DNA from: an uncultured virus (IMG/VR IMGVR_UViG_3300017734_000001)
Taxonomy: Duplodnaviria > Heunggongvirae > Uroviricota > Caudoviricetes > Crassvirales
DNA length: 20,000 nt
Direction: 5' to 3' (one strand)
Virus record (IMG/VR): IMGVR_UViG_3300017734_000001
Below are positions 1 through 9,957 of the stretch, piece after piece. Positions within the stretch are counted from its first letter, which is position 1, and every line of letters begins with the position of its first letter. A model generated the notes under the pieces. That model had not been told where the DNA came from, did not search any database, and was given only the letters and a program-made list of their open reading frames with translations. Both the position numbers and the translations under genes were made by a program.

Positions 1-1
1 A

Positions 2-646
2 TCTTTATTATGGTTTGATCCAGAAAAAGGTTATCAAAGAGAATTAAGATACGCTACAAACCAAAGCTCACCATTTGTTGATGAGCAAAAAGGTGAAGTT
101 ACATTACAACAAATTGTTTTTAGAGATGGAACTTTATTCGTGCCAAAGGCAAATGTATCACTACAAAAACTATTATCGCTTTATCACCCATTAAATGGTG
201 GTATATATTACGAAGTAGATAATGTTAAACAAGCGAATGATGATTTAGCATATCTTGAAGCTGAAATTGAAGCTTTAAACTCTGCTAAAAACTTAGATAT
301 TGATCATTTAGAAGCTATATTAAGAGTAGAGGTTGGTAGTAAGGTTAATTCTATGACTTCTAAGGAGATTAAAAGAGACGTGCTGTTGTTTGCGCGTAGA
401 AATCCTATTTTATTCTTAGAACTAGCGTCTGATGACAACGTACAATTAAGAAATTTTGGTATAAAAGCCGTAGAAGACGGTATTATTGACTTAAGTCAAG
501 ACCAAAGAAACTTTACTTGGGCATCAACAGGTAGAAAACTGTTATCTGTACCTTTTGAAGAAAACCCTTATTCAGCACTAGCTGCTTGGTTTAAAACAGA
601 TGAAGGAGTAGAGATTTACTCAAGTATTGAAAAAAGATTAAAATAA
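2..646 (+). CDS. Conserved phage structural-module protein, 5'-truncated (possibly the gene that follows the major capsid gene in crAss-like phages)
   Basis: The frame of ORF 140..646 is open back to position 2 (SLLWFDPEKGYQRELRYATNQSSPFVDEQKGEVTLQQIVFRDGTLFVPK...). The GTG at 140 is therefore probably internal and the true start lies upstream of the window. Ends in TAA. Function inferred from position before the ring/tail genes. Confidence 0.7.
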   Translation, partial: SLLWFDPEKGYQRELRYATNQSSPFVDEQKGEVTLQQIVFRDGTLFVPKANVSLQKLLSLYHPLNGGIYYEVDNVKQANDDLAYLEAEIEALNSAKNLDIDHLEAILRVEVGSKVNSMTSKEIKRDVLLFARRNPILFLELASDDNVQLRNFGIKAVEDGIIDLSQDQRNFTWASTGRKLLSVPFEENPYSALAAWFKTDEGVEIYSSIEKRLK

Positions 647-652
647 AGTCAC

Positions 653-693
653 TTATAGCGGTTAGGCCGCTTAACGTGGCCTAACTACTATAA
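653..693 (+). other. Long intergenic RNA stem-loop (processing/stability hairpin or atypical terminator)
   Basis: TTATAGCGGTTAGGCCGC-TTAAC-GTGGCCTAACTACTATAA: 18-position stem with a perfect GTTAGGCC/GGCCTAAC core, two G-U pairs and one C-A mismatch. It is GC-rich in an AT-rich spacer, with no downstream U-tract. Confidence 0.7.
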
Positions 694-703
694 AAAATAT
701 AAA

Positions 704-1420
704 ATGGCAGTAAGTGTAGATACCGTATATCAAAGAGTGCTCGCTGTGTTAAATAAAGAGCAAAGAGGTTATTTAACACCTGAAGAATTTAATTTGTTTG
801 CCAATCAAGTTCAAATGGATATATTTGAGCAGTATTTTTACGATATAAATCAATTTAGCAGATTGCATGGTAATGATACAGAGTATTCAGACGTGTTAAA
901 CATATTGAACGAAAAAATAAATATATTTGAAAAGCAAGCATCACTTGATTATGATGAAAACGCTACACCTCCACACTACGATCTACCTACAGATATATAT
1001 AGGTTAGGCACAGTTATATATAAAAGCTCTGAAGTTGAAAAAGTCAACAGAAACGAGTATTTATATATAAACTCTTCAGCCATAACCAAACCAACAGATG
1101 ATTTTCCTATTTATACTAGAGATGAAAACGGTATAAGAGTTTATGGTACATCAGAAATAACTTCTGATTCAACTGTAACGAATCCAGTAACTATAAACTA
1201 CGTGAAAAGACCTGATAGAGTTATTTGGAACTATAACACTGTTTTAGGTAACGCTCAATATCAAGCTACAGGTAGTAATGATTTTGATCTTCATGATTCA
1301 GAGGAAGTAGAAATTGTAACAAAAATATTAGCTTTAGCTGGTGTTTTAGTTAGAGATTTATCAGTATATCAATTAGCGATGCAAGAAGATATGCTTGCAG
1401 CACAACAAGAAAAACAATAA
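704..1420 (+). CDS. Putative virion ring / head-tail adaptor protein (crAss-like)
   Basis: 238 aa. The N-terminus VDTVYQRVLAVLNKEQRGYLTPEEFNLFANQVQ..IFEQYF and the later 'I.YVKRP' element resemble head-tail connector/ring proteins of Bacteroidota podophages. Synteny with the downstream tail genes agrees. Confidence 0.6.
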   Translation: MAVSVDTVYQRVLAVLNKEQRGYLTPEEFNLFANQVQMDIFEQYFYDINQFSRLHGNDTEYSDVLNILNEKINIFEKQASLDYDENATPPHYDLPTDIYRLGTVIYKSSEVEKVNRNEYLYINSSAITKPTDDFPIYTRDENGIRVYGTSEITSDSTVTNPVTINYVKRPDRVIWNYNTVLGNAQYQATGSNDFDLHDSEEVEIVTKILALAGVLVRDLSVYQLAMQEDMLAAQQEKQ

Positions 1421-1423
1421 TAA

Positions 1424-2335
1424 ATGGCTTTATTTGAAGGAACACAGTATCAATACTATTACGGCCCTGATAATTTATGGGGTACTAACGATGAGGTTTA
1501 TGGAAACTACCAGTTTATAAAGCTAAAAGAGCTAGTTAATAATTTTATTATAGCTTATGTAGGTGAAGATAAAATTATATCTAAAATAAAAAGAACAGAT
1601 GTAGCTTTTCATGTAAAAAGAGCTATGCAAGAGTTTAGCTATGATATATTTAAAAGTGAAAAGTCTCAAGAAATAGAAATACCACCAAGCTTACAAATGC
1701 CACTACCACATGACTATGTTAATTATGTGAAAATTAGTTGGCTAGATCAAAGTGGTGTTGAAAGGCTTTTATATCCTGCTAGAAAAACTAGTAATCCACT
1801 ACCTATACTTCAAGATGACAAATATGAATATTTGTTTGACTATCAAAGTGGTGAGATACTAACAGCCAACGAATCTGAAACTTGGAAGAAATTTAAATCA
1901 GACACTAGTAATGCATCAACTGACAACTTAGATGATTTAGAAAACGATCCTGGGTTGTTACAATTATTTGGCAGAAGATATGGCATGGAGCCAGAAAATT
2001 CACAAACAAACGGTGTTTACTTTATAGATCCACTTAAAAGTAAAATATTCTTTGATTCGTCAATGACTGGCAAAGTTATTACTTTAAAATACATAAGCGA
2101 CGGTTTAGCTGTAGACGCGGATATGATAGTTCACAAGTTTGCTGAAGAAGCCGTGTATCAGCACGTTGCTCACGCTATACTGTCAACAAGAGCTAATGTT
2201 CCAGAATATATAATTCAAAGATTTCAAAAAGGTAAATTTGCAAAAGCTAGACAAGCTAAGTTAAGACTATCTAATTTAAAAATAGAGGAGCTTACTCAAG
2301 TAATGAGAGGTAAGTCTAAAGTTATAAAACACTAA
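1424..2335 (+). CDS. Putative tail tubular / ring protein (P22 gp4 / T7 gp11-like role)
   Basis: 303 aa with an LPHDYVNYVKIS motif and 'ITLKYISDG', typical of tail-tube adaptor/ring proteins. It lies directly upstream of the stabilization protein. Confidence 0.6.
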   Translation: MALFEGTQYQYYYGPDNLWGTNDEVYGNYQFIKLKELVNNFIIAYVGEDKIISKIKRTDVAFHVKRAMQEFSYDIFKSEKSQEIEIPPSLQMPLPHDYVNYVKISWLDQSGVERLLYPARKTSNPLPILQDDKYEYLFDYQSGEILTANESETWKKFKSDTSNASTDNLDDLENDPGLLQLFGRRYGMEPENSQTNGVYFIDPLKSKIFFDSSMTGKVITLKYISDGLAVDADMIVHKFAEEAVYQHVAHAILSTRANVPEYIIQRFQKGKFAKARQAKLRLSNLKIEELTQVMRGKSKVIKH

Positions 2336-2338
2336 TAT

Positions 2339-5300
2339 ATGCCTGAAATTAAAAATGTTTTTTCGGCAGGTAAAATGAATAAAGACCTGGACGAAAGATT
2401 AATTCCCAATGGCCAGTATCGAGATGCTTTGAATATAAAGATATCTAGTTCTGAGGGTGCGGACGTAGGTGCAATTGAAAATATATTAGGTAACACAGCT
2501 ATTTTTAATAGATCTTATAATGAGGTTACTAACTCATACACTCAATGGGGTTTAAACGACTCTGACACAAACTACTATGGTTTTGATAACTGTAAAACAG
2601 TAGGTGTTATAAGATACGATAGAAATGAAAAAATATATTGGCTTCTAAGTGGTAGCAATCAAGATGGTATACTAGAGTTTGATCAAACAACTAAAGTTGT
2701 ATCTCCTGTTGTTATAGATAAAAACAACGTTTTAAAATTTTCATCAAATACTCTTATTACAGGTATAAATATAATCGATGGCTTGTTGTTTTTTACTGAT
2801 GACTTAAATGAGCCAAAATGTATCAACATAGAAAGATTCAAAACTGCAGCAGCAGCCTCAGGAGACACTTCTCACACTGAAATTTACGGTAGAGATTTTA
2901 TAGAATCAGATGTAACCGTAATAAAAAAATCACCTATTACAGCCCCCACTTTGGAGATGTACAGAACAAAGCAGCTTGACGATAATGGCAATGTTACTAA
3001 TGTAGATACAGGTTGGTATGGAGCTTTAGGTAGCAATGTAGATGGTGAACCAACACCATTTGATCCAGGTACTGCTGTTACTATGTATTGGAATCAACCT
3101 TATCCTTTTTATAATGTTGGTGATACTTTAGTTTTAACGGCTTCAAACGGTGAAGATGATGAAGATCATATAGCTAGAGTTAAAGTTTTTGAAGTACCAA
3201 CAGGTAATACTCAAAACTTTGCTAAAGTAAACGTGTTGTCTATTAACACAGCACCAGCAACGAGTACATTTTGGGAGGTAACTTTAGAACAAACTCCACC
3301 CATGTTTGAGTTTAAGTTTGCTAGGTTTGCGTATAGATATATATACAATGATAATCAAGTTTCTTGTTTTTCTCCTTTTTCTGAGCCAGCATTTTTACCT
3401 GACGAAAAAGCTTTTGAATATAACCCAGAGCAAGGTTACAATGTGTTAATGAAAAACACGGTTAGAAATTTAAAAGTAAAAAACTTCGCGTCAAGTGGGA
3501 CAGTTCCATCCGATGTAGAAAAAATAGATATATTATATAAAGATTCTTCAAACCAAAATGTTTATGTTGTAGATACAATTGAAAAAGACTCTTCTGGTAA
3601 CTTTGCTAATCAGTATAGTATAAAATCTGAAATAATAAGCAAGGTTATAGAGTCTAATCAAATACTAAGACCGTTTGATAATGTACCAAGAAAAGCAAAA
3701 TCTCAAGAAATAATTGCCAATAGGCTAGTTTATGCTAATTATTTACAGAACTTTGATATAAAAAATGCAAACGGTGACATTGTAAAACCTAAAGTATCTA
3801 TAAACATTGACAATTACCCAACTTGGAATATTACTAATGAATCAGCTGGTAAATCAATAAAAACTTTAAGAACTTATCAAATTGGCGTTGCTTATAGAGA
3901 TGAACATGGTAGAGAAACACCAGTGTTTTCATCAGAAACAAGTTCTACTGTATTAGGTAAAACATCAGCAAACTTAAATAATAGAATATCTGCGGTAATA
4001 GAATCAGATCCTCCAGAAGGTTTTACTCATTTTAAGTTTTTTGTTAAAGAAAATTCAAACGAGTACTATAATTTATCAATGGATAGATTTTACGTTGAGT
4101 CAGATGATAATGTTTGGATATCTTTTCCATCTTCAGAAAGAAATAAAATAAAAGAAGATGACTTTATTATATTAAAAAAACAACACGATAGCAACAACTT
4201 TGTTGATGAAGAAGCTAGATACAAAATTATAGCTTTAGAAAATGAAGCTCCAGACACAATAAAAACAAAAAATGTAAACAAAGCTAAAATACAAGGTTCG
4301 GGTAATAATAACACCTTTGTATCTGACGGTCAGCCAGTTGAAACTGCTTTAACTTTAAAAATACTAAATCAAGCTTGGGTTGACTCTGGCGCTGATTCTA
4401 GAGACAACGCTTTGTTAGGTGAACCACAGCTTTGTTGTAAAATATTTACAGAAACAAATACAACACCTGTTTTTTATGATATAGAAAGTATACAAAAAGT
4501 TGGATCTGGTAACGATGCTCATTACAAGATTACTTTAAATAAACCACTATCTGGTATGGCTTTTGCTACAAGTAATGGTCAAGAAGCTGTAGGTTTAGGT
4601 ATAAATATATTTCAAAAAGAAATACAAAATAAACCAGAGTTTGCTGGTAGATTTTTTGCAAAAATATATAGTGATAAAGCTTTAGTTGACAGAATAACAT
4701 CGGTAAACGAAAAAGAAGGTTATGCTATAGCTTCTACTCGCACTCTTGGTAAAATGACTAGATTTGGAGATAATGATGATAACTGGAAATCTGGCGATAG
4801 AGGTTGGCATATAGATAATTCACAGCCTCGTTATCATACAGCTGTTCAAGGGGGATTGTTGCCACATAATAGTAATCTTCCTGGAGAAACGCTTAACGTT
4901 GGTGCGAAACGAGGTAGAGGGACTAGAGTGGGCTCAAAATACATAGATATATGTTATTTTAAATGGGGACCTGGTAGTGGTAGCGCGGCAAGAAACGCAT
5001 GGGACGGTTATTGGTGGGGCTTTGAAAATAAAGTTCCAGACGCAGCTGATACAGCTAATTTTTTACAGTCACCTGGACAAAAGATAAGATGGACTGATGA
5101 TCCAGATGGCACTATATATGAAATAGTCGATTATGCTAGAGTTCATTGTGTTACTTATAAAGGCAGCAAAAAAGGAAAGTTCGCTTCATCGAGATTAATA
5201 AGATTTACAATTCAACTAGATAAACCTCTAACTTGGTCACCAGATGACTCTTTACAGTTAACAGAAGTAGGTGGAAGTACTACTACTAATTTAGAGTTTT

Positions 5301-6580
5301 TAAGAATAGTAGATGAAGACTCTGGAACGTACACATCAAAAAACCCTGCTATTTTTGAAACTGAGCCCGATGAAAATGTTGACATTGATATATACTATGA
5401 AGCTAGTGATAATATACCAATCGCTCAACACGGAACTGAAGCGTTGCCATCTACTCACGATTTAGATTGGTTCAACTGCTATTCGTTTAACAATGGTGTA
5501 GAGTCTGACAGAATAAGAGATGATTTTAACGCTGTAAGAATAGGTAAAGGTGTAAAAGTATCTGCAACACTAGATGAGCCATACCAAGAAGAAAGAAGAG
5601 GATCAGGTTTAATATTTTCTCAAATATTCAACTCTTTAACAGGCACAAACAAACTTAATCAGTTTATACAAGCTCAACCTATAACTAAAGACTTAAATCC
5701 AGCAAATGGATCAATACAAAAACTTCACGCTAGAGACACAGATTTAGTTGTAATGTGTGAAGATAAAGTTTTAAAGATTTTAGCTCAGAAAGATGCCTTA
5801 TTTAACGCAGACGGATCTGCTAACGTTACATCTAACGCGGCTGTTTTAGGTCAAGCGATACCTTTTGTTGGTGAATATGGTATATCTAAAAACCCAGAGT
5901 CGTATGCTTATTATGGTTTTAGATCTTACTTCACAGATAAAAATAGAGGTGTTGTTTTAAGGCTATCAAGAGATGGTTTAGAAGAAATATCTTCAAACGG
6001 CATGAGCGATTATTTTTCAGATAAACTTGCTTCAGAAAACACAATGATTGGCAACTACGACGAAGACTCTGGATGCTACAATGTTAGTTTTTCTGATGAA
6101 ACAGTTTCTTTTGAAGAAACAGTTAGAGGTTGGCCAACTAGAAAATCTTTTGTAGCTGAAGCTGGTGTATCTTTAAATAACATATATTACACATTTAAAG
6201 ATGGTGTCATATGGTCACATGACAATCAAACAAGAAATAACTTTTATGGTACTCAATATAAATCAACAGTAAAGCTAGTGTTTAACGAGTCACCATCAAA
6301 AATTAAAAACTTTAAAACAATATTTTACGAAGGAGACTCTGGTTGGACTTGTCCAAAAATATCTACAGATCAACAAGACGGTAGCGTTCCAGGCTTTTCT
6401 AATAAAGAAGGTATATATTATAACTTTATAAAAGGCATTGAAAACACATGGGATAATAACTTTCAAGCTGGTACTCTAGATACTAAAGAGTTTTCAACGC
6501 AAGGTATAGATATACTTGGATCAATAACTGGCACAACTAAGAGTGACTTTATTTTAACAATAGAAGAAGACGGAAATTAA
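2339..6580 (+). CDS. Tail stabilization / muzzle (nozzle) protein (P22 gp10 / crAss muzzle-like)
   Basis: 1413 aa, beta-rich. The N-terminus GKMNKDLDERLIPNGQYRDALNI and the C-terminal EYGISKNPES...YFTDKNRGVVLRLSRDGLEEIS..GMSDYF blocks are characteristic of this family as I recall it. Confidence 0.72.
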   Translation: MPEIKNVFSAGKMNKDLDERLIPNGQYRDALNIKISSSEGADVGAIENILGNTAIFNRSYNEVTNSYTQWGLNDSDTNYYGFDNCKTVGVIRYDRNEKIYWLLSGSNQDGILEFDQTTKVVSPVVIDKNNVLKFSSNTLITGINIIDGLLFFTDDLNEPKCINIERFKTAAAASGDTSHTEIYGRDFIESDVTVIKKSPITAPTLEMYRTKQLDDNGNVTNVDTGWYGALGSNVDGEPTPFDPGTAVTMYWNQPYPFYNVGDTLVLTASNGEDDEDHIARVKVFEVPTGNTQNFAKVNVLSINTAPATSTFWEVTLEQTPPMFEFKFARFAYRYIYNDNQVSCFSPFSEPAFLPDEKAFEYNPEQGYNVLMKNTVRNLKVKNFASSGTVPSDVEKIDILYKDSSNQNVYVVDTIEKDSSGNFANQYSIKSEIISKVIESNQILRPFDNVPRKAKSQEIIANRLVYANYLQNFDIKNANGDIVKPKVSINIDNYPTWNITNESAGKSIKTLRTYQIGVAYRDEHGRETPVFSSETSSTVLGKTSANLNNRISAVIESDPPEGFTHFKFFVKENSNEYYNLSMDRFYVESDDNVWISFPSSERNKIKEDDFIILKKQHDSNNFVDEEARYKIIALENEAPDTIKTKNVNKAKIQGSGNNNTFVSDGQPVETALTLKILNQAWVDSGADSRDNALLGEPQLCCKIFTETNTTPVFYDIESIQKVGSGNDAHYKITLNKPLSGMAFATSNGQEAVGLGINIFQKEIQNKPEFAGRFFAKIYSDKALVDRITSVNEKEGYAIASTRTLGKMTRFGDNDDNWKSGDRGWHIDNSQPRYHTAVQGGLLPHNSNLPGETLNVGAKRGRGTRVGSKYIDICYFKWGPGSGSAARNAWDGYWWGFENKVPDAADTANFLQSPGQKIRWTDDPDGTIYEIVDYARVHCVTYKGSKKGKFASSRLIRFTIQLDKPLTWSPDDSLQLTEVGGSTTTNLEFLRIVDEDSGTYTSKNPAIFETEPDENVDIDIYYEASDNIPIAQHGTEALPSTHDLDWFNCYSFNNGVESDRIRDDFNAVRIGKGVKVSATLDEPYQEERRGSGLIFSQIFNSLTGTNKLNQFIQAQPITKDLNPANGSIQKLHARDTDLVVMCEDKVLKILAQKDALFNADGSANVTSNAAVLGQAIPFVGEYGISKNPESYAYYGFRSYFTDKNRGVVLRLSRDGLEEISSNGMSDYFSDKLASENTMIGNYDEDSGCYNVSFSDETVSFEETVRGWPTRKSFVAEAGVSLNNIYYTFKDGVIWSHDNQTRNNFYGTQYKSTVKLVFNESPSKIKNFKTIFYEGDSGWTCPKISTDQQDGSVPGFSNKEGIYYNFIKGIENTWDNNFQAGTLDTKEFSTQGIDILGSITGTTKSDFILTIEEDGN

Positions 6581-6581
6581 T

Positions 6582-9557
6582 ATGGCACTAATAAATTGTA
6601 GTATAAATTCAGCTTCGTTAACTAAAACAGGCGGTCAAGCTATAGGAAGTGATAATGCGACTTTAACAATAACACCAGCTACAGGTTATGTTGTAAATGC
6701 TGCAGATTTTACTGTTTCTAATGTTTCGTTTTCATCAAACGGTAATAGTTTAACGTTTCAACATGGTCAAAACGGAGTTGTTTTACCCACTGGTGTAACA
6801 AGTGTTACTTTAATAAACACTGGAACTGGTGGCGGTGTTGGAAACACTATCGCGGTTGCTGTAGATTTAACTAATAGTTTTGTCATGCCTTCGTCAGATA
6901 CTACGCTTATTGTAGATATCGATGGATCTGCAACTTTACAAGGTTTTACAGTTCAAGGTACTTTTGAGCAAATAGGTAGCGGTTTATCTGTAGCCAACAC
7001 AACTACAGGCAACTGGGGCCCTGTTTCTGGTCAATTTAATTCTTCATCTACAGTTTTTACCCGCACTATATCAGCTGCAAGTGGTAAGTATTTTCCAACT
7101 GCACCAACTTGTGAAATAGCTATAGGTGATAGTTCTAGATACACCATAAGTAGCTCAGATGCAACTGACAGTGACAACAATATAACAGGTAGAGCTTTTA
7201 CAGTTTCTTACAATTTTCCAAATCAAAACGTAACTGGTGATAAAATAAAAATTACTGGTACAGCTATAGATATACCTTCAACTACAACAGAAATAACAGC
7301 TTATAGTATATCTACTAACAAAATACCAAATTCTGGAGAAACTAGATTGTATAGGGTGTATGGAACACCTGGCGCTACTTTTAGCGTTGCTGTTGTTGAT
7401 TCTAACAATAGTAGTGTTGCAGGAATATCAAATATAACACTAGACAGCACTGGTACTTATGATTATTATATAACTTTTCCAAGTATATCTTCAGGCAGCG
7501 AAACTTATACTATAACAATATCTGGAGACCTGTCTAGTACATTTGGCACGTCAAGTGGCCAACCTACATCAGTTAATATAGTTCAACAATCAAACGTTAT
7601 ATTAACTTTAGGGTTAACATGCTCAGATTCTACAGTAACTGTACCTGCAAATCAAAGCATAAATCTACCTATAGATGAGGTTGACTTTTCTACATCTTAT
7701 ACTAATGAACAATACACTTTCTACTTTACAGTAACACGAACGGTTGCTTTGTATTTAAAAACTATACCTACATCTGCTTTTAACAATCAAAGTCAAACTA
7801 GTGGTATAAATTTTGATGTACAGTCTATAACAATAACTAACAACAACACAACTAGCGTAACACTTGCTGTGCTTGTTAATTTAAACTCCACAGAAGACAC
7901 AAATTTAACTAGTACGCTTAATTTAGATACGTATATAAACAACGTGCCTACTGGATCGCCTTTCACGTTTAATGTTAACCAAGGAGATCCTATAACTTTA
8001 AACTTACAGTCGAGATCTAGCGCTAGTGATCCTGAAGGTGATGGGCTTGCGTTTATAATATCAGGTTTACCAACAAATGGTAAACTTTTTACAGATGCAA
8101 ATAGAACAGATGAAATATTGTCTAATGAGTTGCCAGCTACATTATCTGGTAATACTGTTTATTATGAACATGATAATACCAACACATCTTCAGACACTTT
8201 TACATTTAAAATATCTGATGGTAATTCTACAACAGCAAATATAACAGCTACAGCAAATGTTAATTTAAACCAAGCTCCTACAGCTAGCGGTTTTACTTTT
8301 TCTTTATTAAAAGGAGCATCAAAAGAATTAAACTTAGCAACACTTTCAAGCCCTTCAGATCCAGACGGTGACACTTTAAGTTATAAAATAACAGGTTTAC
8401 CTTCTGCGGGATCAGATGCTAGCGGTCAGCTATTTACAGATTCAGCTTTACAAAACCAAATAACAAGCACACCAACAACACTAAGCAGTTCAACTATATA
8501 CTACAAACACGATAATAGTAATGATTTAACTGACTCTTTTACTTTTAGAGTTAGCGACGGATCTACTGAAACATCTGATTTAACAGCATCGGCAACTATA
8601 GGCGTTGCTCCTGGAGCTGCAATTTCAACATCAGGTAACTCTGGTATTTTCTTAATAGCAGTAACGCTAGGGACTGCTGCTGGAACTTTTAAAGTTCATT
8701 GTGATTCTTTTGATGTTTTTGATAGATTTCAAATATTGTTTGATACAAATGGTAATTCTAATAACATAGCTGACATGGAAGTTGTTGCAGATTCGCTTTA
8801 TGTTGGTGATAACGATTTTGGGAGTAATGATATTCCAAGTAACGGCCAAACGACAGGTTTAAGTGAATACACATACGTTGGATCAGGAGGAAATGCTCCG
8901 GTAGCTGACTTTAACGGGAGTACATCAGCTGCCGATAAGTGGAATAGAACCGGAAACGCTAATCAAACTATAACTATAACAGATGATATAGTTTCTATTG
9001 CTTCTGCTGTAAATAGAAGTAATTTTCCTGCTGACACAAGCGAGTTAGCGCCTTCAAGAGGGTCAAACTCAACAACAATAAAACAAGTTAATGTTCAAAC
9101 TGGTAGAGTTGAATCTACAACTAGTAACAATTACAGTCTTATTACGGGTGGCGCTTTAAACAATGGTAACGTTTGTCTTTATTATACTAAGTCTGCTACT
9201 ACTAACACAGTAGCATATATAAAAATATCTAGTCACCCTACAGAGGGTACAGGTTGGAATATTTTACACACTAGCTTCAATGCTAACTTTGGAACTGCTT
9301 ATGTTCAAACAAATAATGGTTGTGGTGCAACTGCATATCATACTACTTTTTTAGCTTATCCACAGGATAATACATGGGCTAACGGTAAAATAGTGTATTT
9401 AGATCCAGAAGAAACTCAAGTTTTGGTAGGAAATGGTAATACATATAAATTTCACACATATGTAAATGATCCAGACGACATAAGTAGTTATCAAGGTGTT
9501 ACTGCTACTATAAGCAACACCGGTGTTATTAGTTCTAAGTTTACGTGTACAGCATAA
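6582..9557 (+). CDS. Tail fibre / virion adhesin with Ig-like and tandem cadherin-like domains
   Basis: 991 aa, very rich in T/S/G/N with beta-strand patterns. It has two ~110-aa repeats with the pattern N.xP...SDP(E/D)GD.L...I.GLP..G.L...YY.HD....D.FTF.(I/V)SDG, and sits in the tail module. Confidence 0.65.
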   Translation: MALINCSINSASLTKTGGQAIGSDNATLTITPATGYVVNAADFTVSNVSFSSNGNSLTFQHGQNGVVLPTGVTSVTLINTGTGGGVGNTIAVAVDLTNSFVMPSSDTTLIVDIDGSATLQGFTVQGTFEQIGSGLSVANTTTGNWGPVSGQFNSSSTVFTRTISAASGKYFPTAPTCEIAIGDSSRYTISSSDATDSDNNITGRAFTVSYNFPNQNVTGDKIKITGTAIDIPSTTTEITAYSISTNKIPNSGETRLYRVYGTPGATFSVAVVDSNNSSVAGISNITLDSTGTYDYYITFPSISSGSETYTITISGDLSSTFGTSSGQPTSVNIVQQSNVILTLGLTCSDSTVTVPANQSINLPIDEVDFSTSYTNEQYTFYFTVTRTVALYLKTIPTSAFNNQSQTSGINFDVQSITITNNNTTSVTLAVLVNLNSTEDTNLTSTLNLDTYINNVPTGSPFTFNVNQGDPITLNLQSRSSASDPEGDGLAFIISGLPTNGKLFTDANRTDEILSNELPATLSGNTVYYEHDNTNTSSDTFTFKISDGNSTTANITATANVNLNQAPTASGFTFSLLKGASKELNLATLSSPSDPDGDTLSYKITGLPSAGSDASGQLFTDSALQNQITSTPTTLSSSTIYYKHDNSNDLTDSFTFRVSDGSTETSDLTASATIGVAPGAAISTSGNSGIFLIAVTLGTAAGTFKVHCDSFDVFDRFQILFDTNGNSNNIADMEVVADSLYVGDNDFGSNDIPSNGQTTGLSEYTYVGSGGNAPVADFNGSTSAADKWNRTGNANQTITITDDIVSIASAVNRSNFPADTSELAPSRGSNSTTIKQVNVQTGRVESTTSNNYSLITGGALNNGNVCLYYTKSATTNTVAYIKISSHPTEGTGWNILHTSFNANFGTAYVQTNNGCGATAYHTTFLAYPQDNTWANGKIVYLDPEETQVLVGNGNTYKFHTYVNDPDDISSYQGVTATISNTGVISSKFTCTA
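7938..8600 (+). repeat. Two tandem cadherin-like / bacterial Ig-like repeats (about 7938-8267 and 8268-8600)
   Basis: NNVPTGSPFTF...SDPEGDGLAFIISGLP..GKLFTD...YYEHDN...DTFTFKISDG aligns with NQAPTASGFTF...SDPDGDTLSYKITGLP...GQLFTD...YYKHDN...DSFTFRVSDG. Confidence 0.85.
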
Positions 9558-9568
9558 TATAAAAACAT

Positions 9569-9913
9569 ATGGCAACTATAGTATTAAACTTTAACAACCC
9601 AATAAACGTATCTATACAGTCTAACAGCGACTCAAATACTGGTTACGCTGGAGCTGATATAGTTTATTTTAAAAATTCATCAGGTGTATTTCAAATAGGA
9701 CCGTGTATAGGTGTAACTAAAACTTCAGTAACATGTGACACGCCTGACAACGCTTTAAGGCCTTCTAACGGTGATTTTATATTTTTTGCTAAATCACCAG
9801 TAACAAACACGTCAGGTGTTATAGGCTATTACGCAGACGTTGATTTTGAAATAACGTCTACAACTAAAAAAGAGCTTTTCGCTGTTAACTCAGAGATATT
9901 CTTAAGTAGTTAA
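9569..9913 (+). CDS. Small putative tail/virion protein
   Basis: 114 aa, ATG to TAA, A-rich leader, beta-rich (FIFFAK...GYYADVDF...ELFAVNSE). Last gene before the candidate promoter. Confidence 0.6.
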   Translation: MATIVLNFNNPINVSIQSNSDSNTGYAGADIVYFKNSSGVFQIGPCIGVTKTSVTCDTPDNALRPSNGDFIFFAKSPVTNTSGVIGYYADVDFEITSTTKKELFAVNSEIFLSS

Positions 9914-9927
9914 TATTTAGTGATAAA

Positions 9928-9947
9928 GTGTAATAATATTAATATAA
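9928..9947 (+). promoter_or_regulatory. Candidate phage promoter motif GTGTAATA-N7-TATAA (copy 1)
   Basis: GTGTAATA ATATTAA TATAA in the 44-bp spacer before the ejection-protein cluster. The same motif with identical spacing occurs at 19600-19619. Confidence 0.5.
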
Positions 9948-9957
9948 ATAACTTATA

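Noticed and set aside
140..142. GTG start for the first ORF
   Set aside because: The frame is open and protein-like back to the window edge, so the gene most likely starts upstream.
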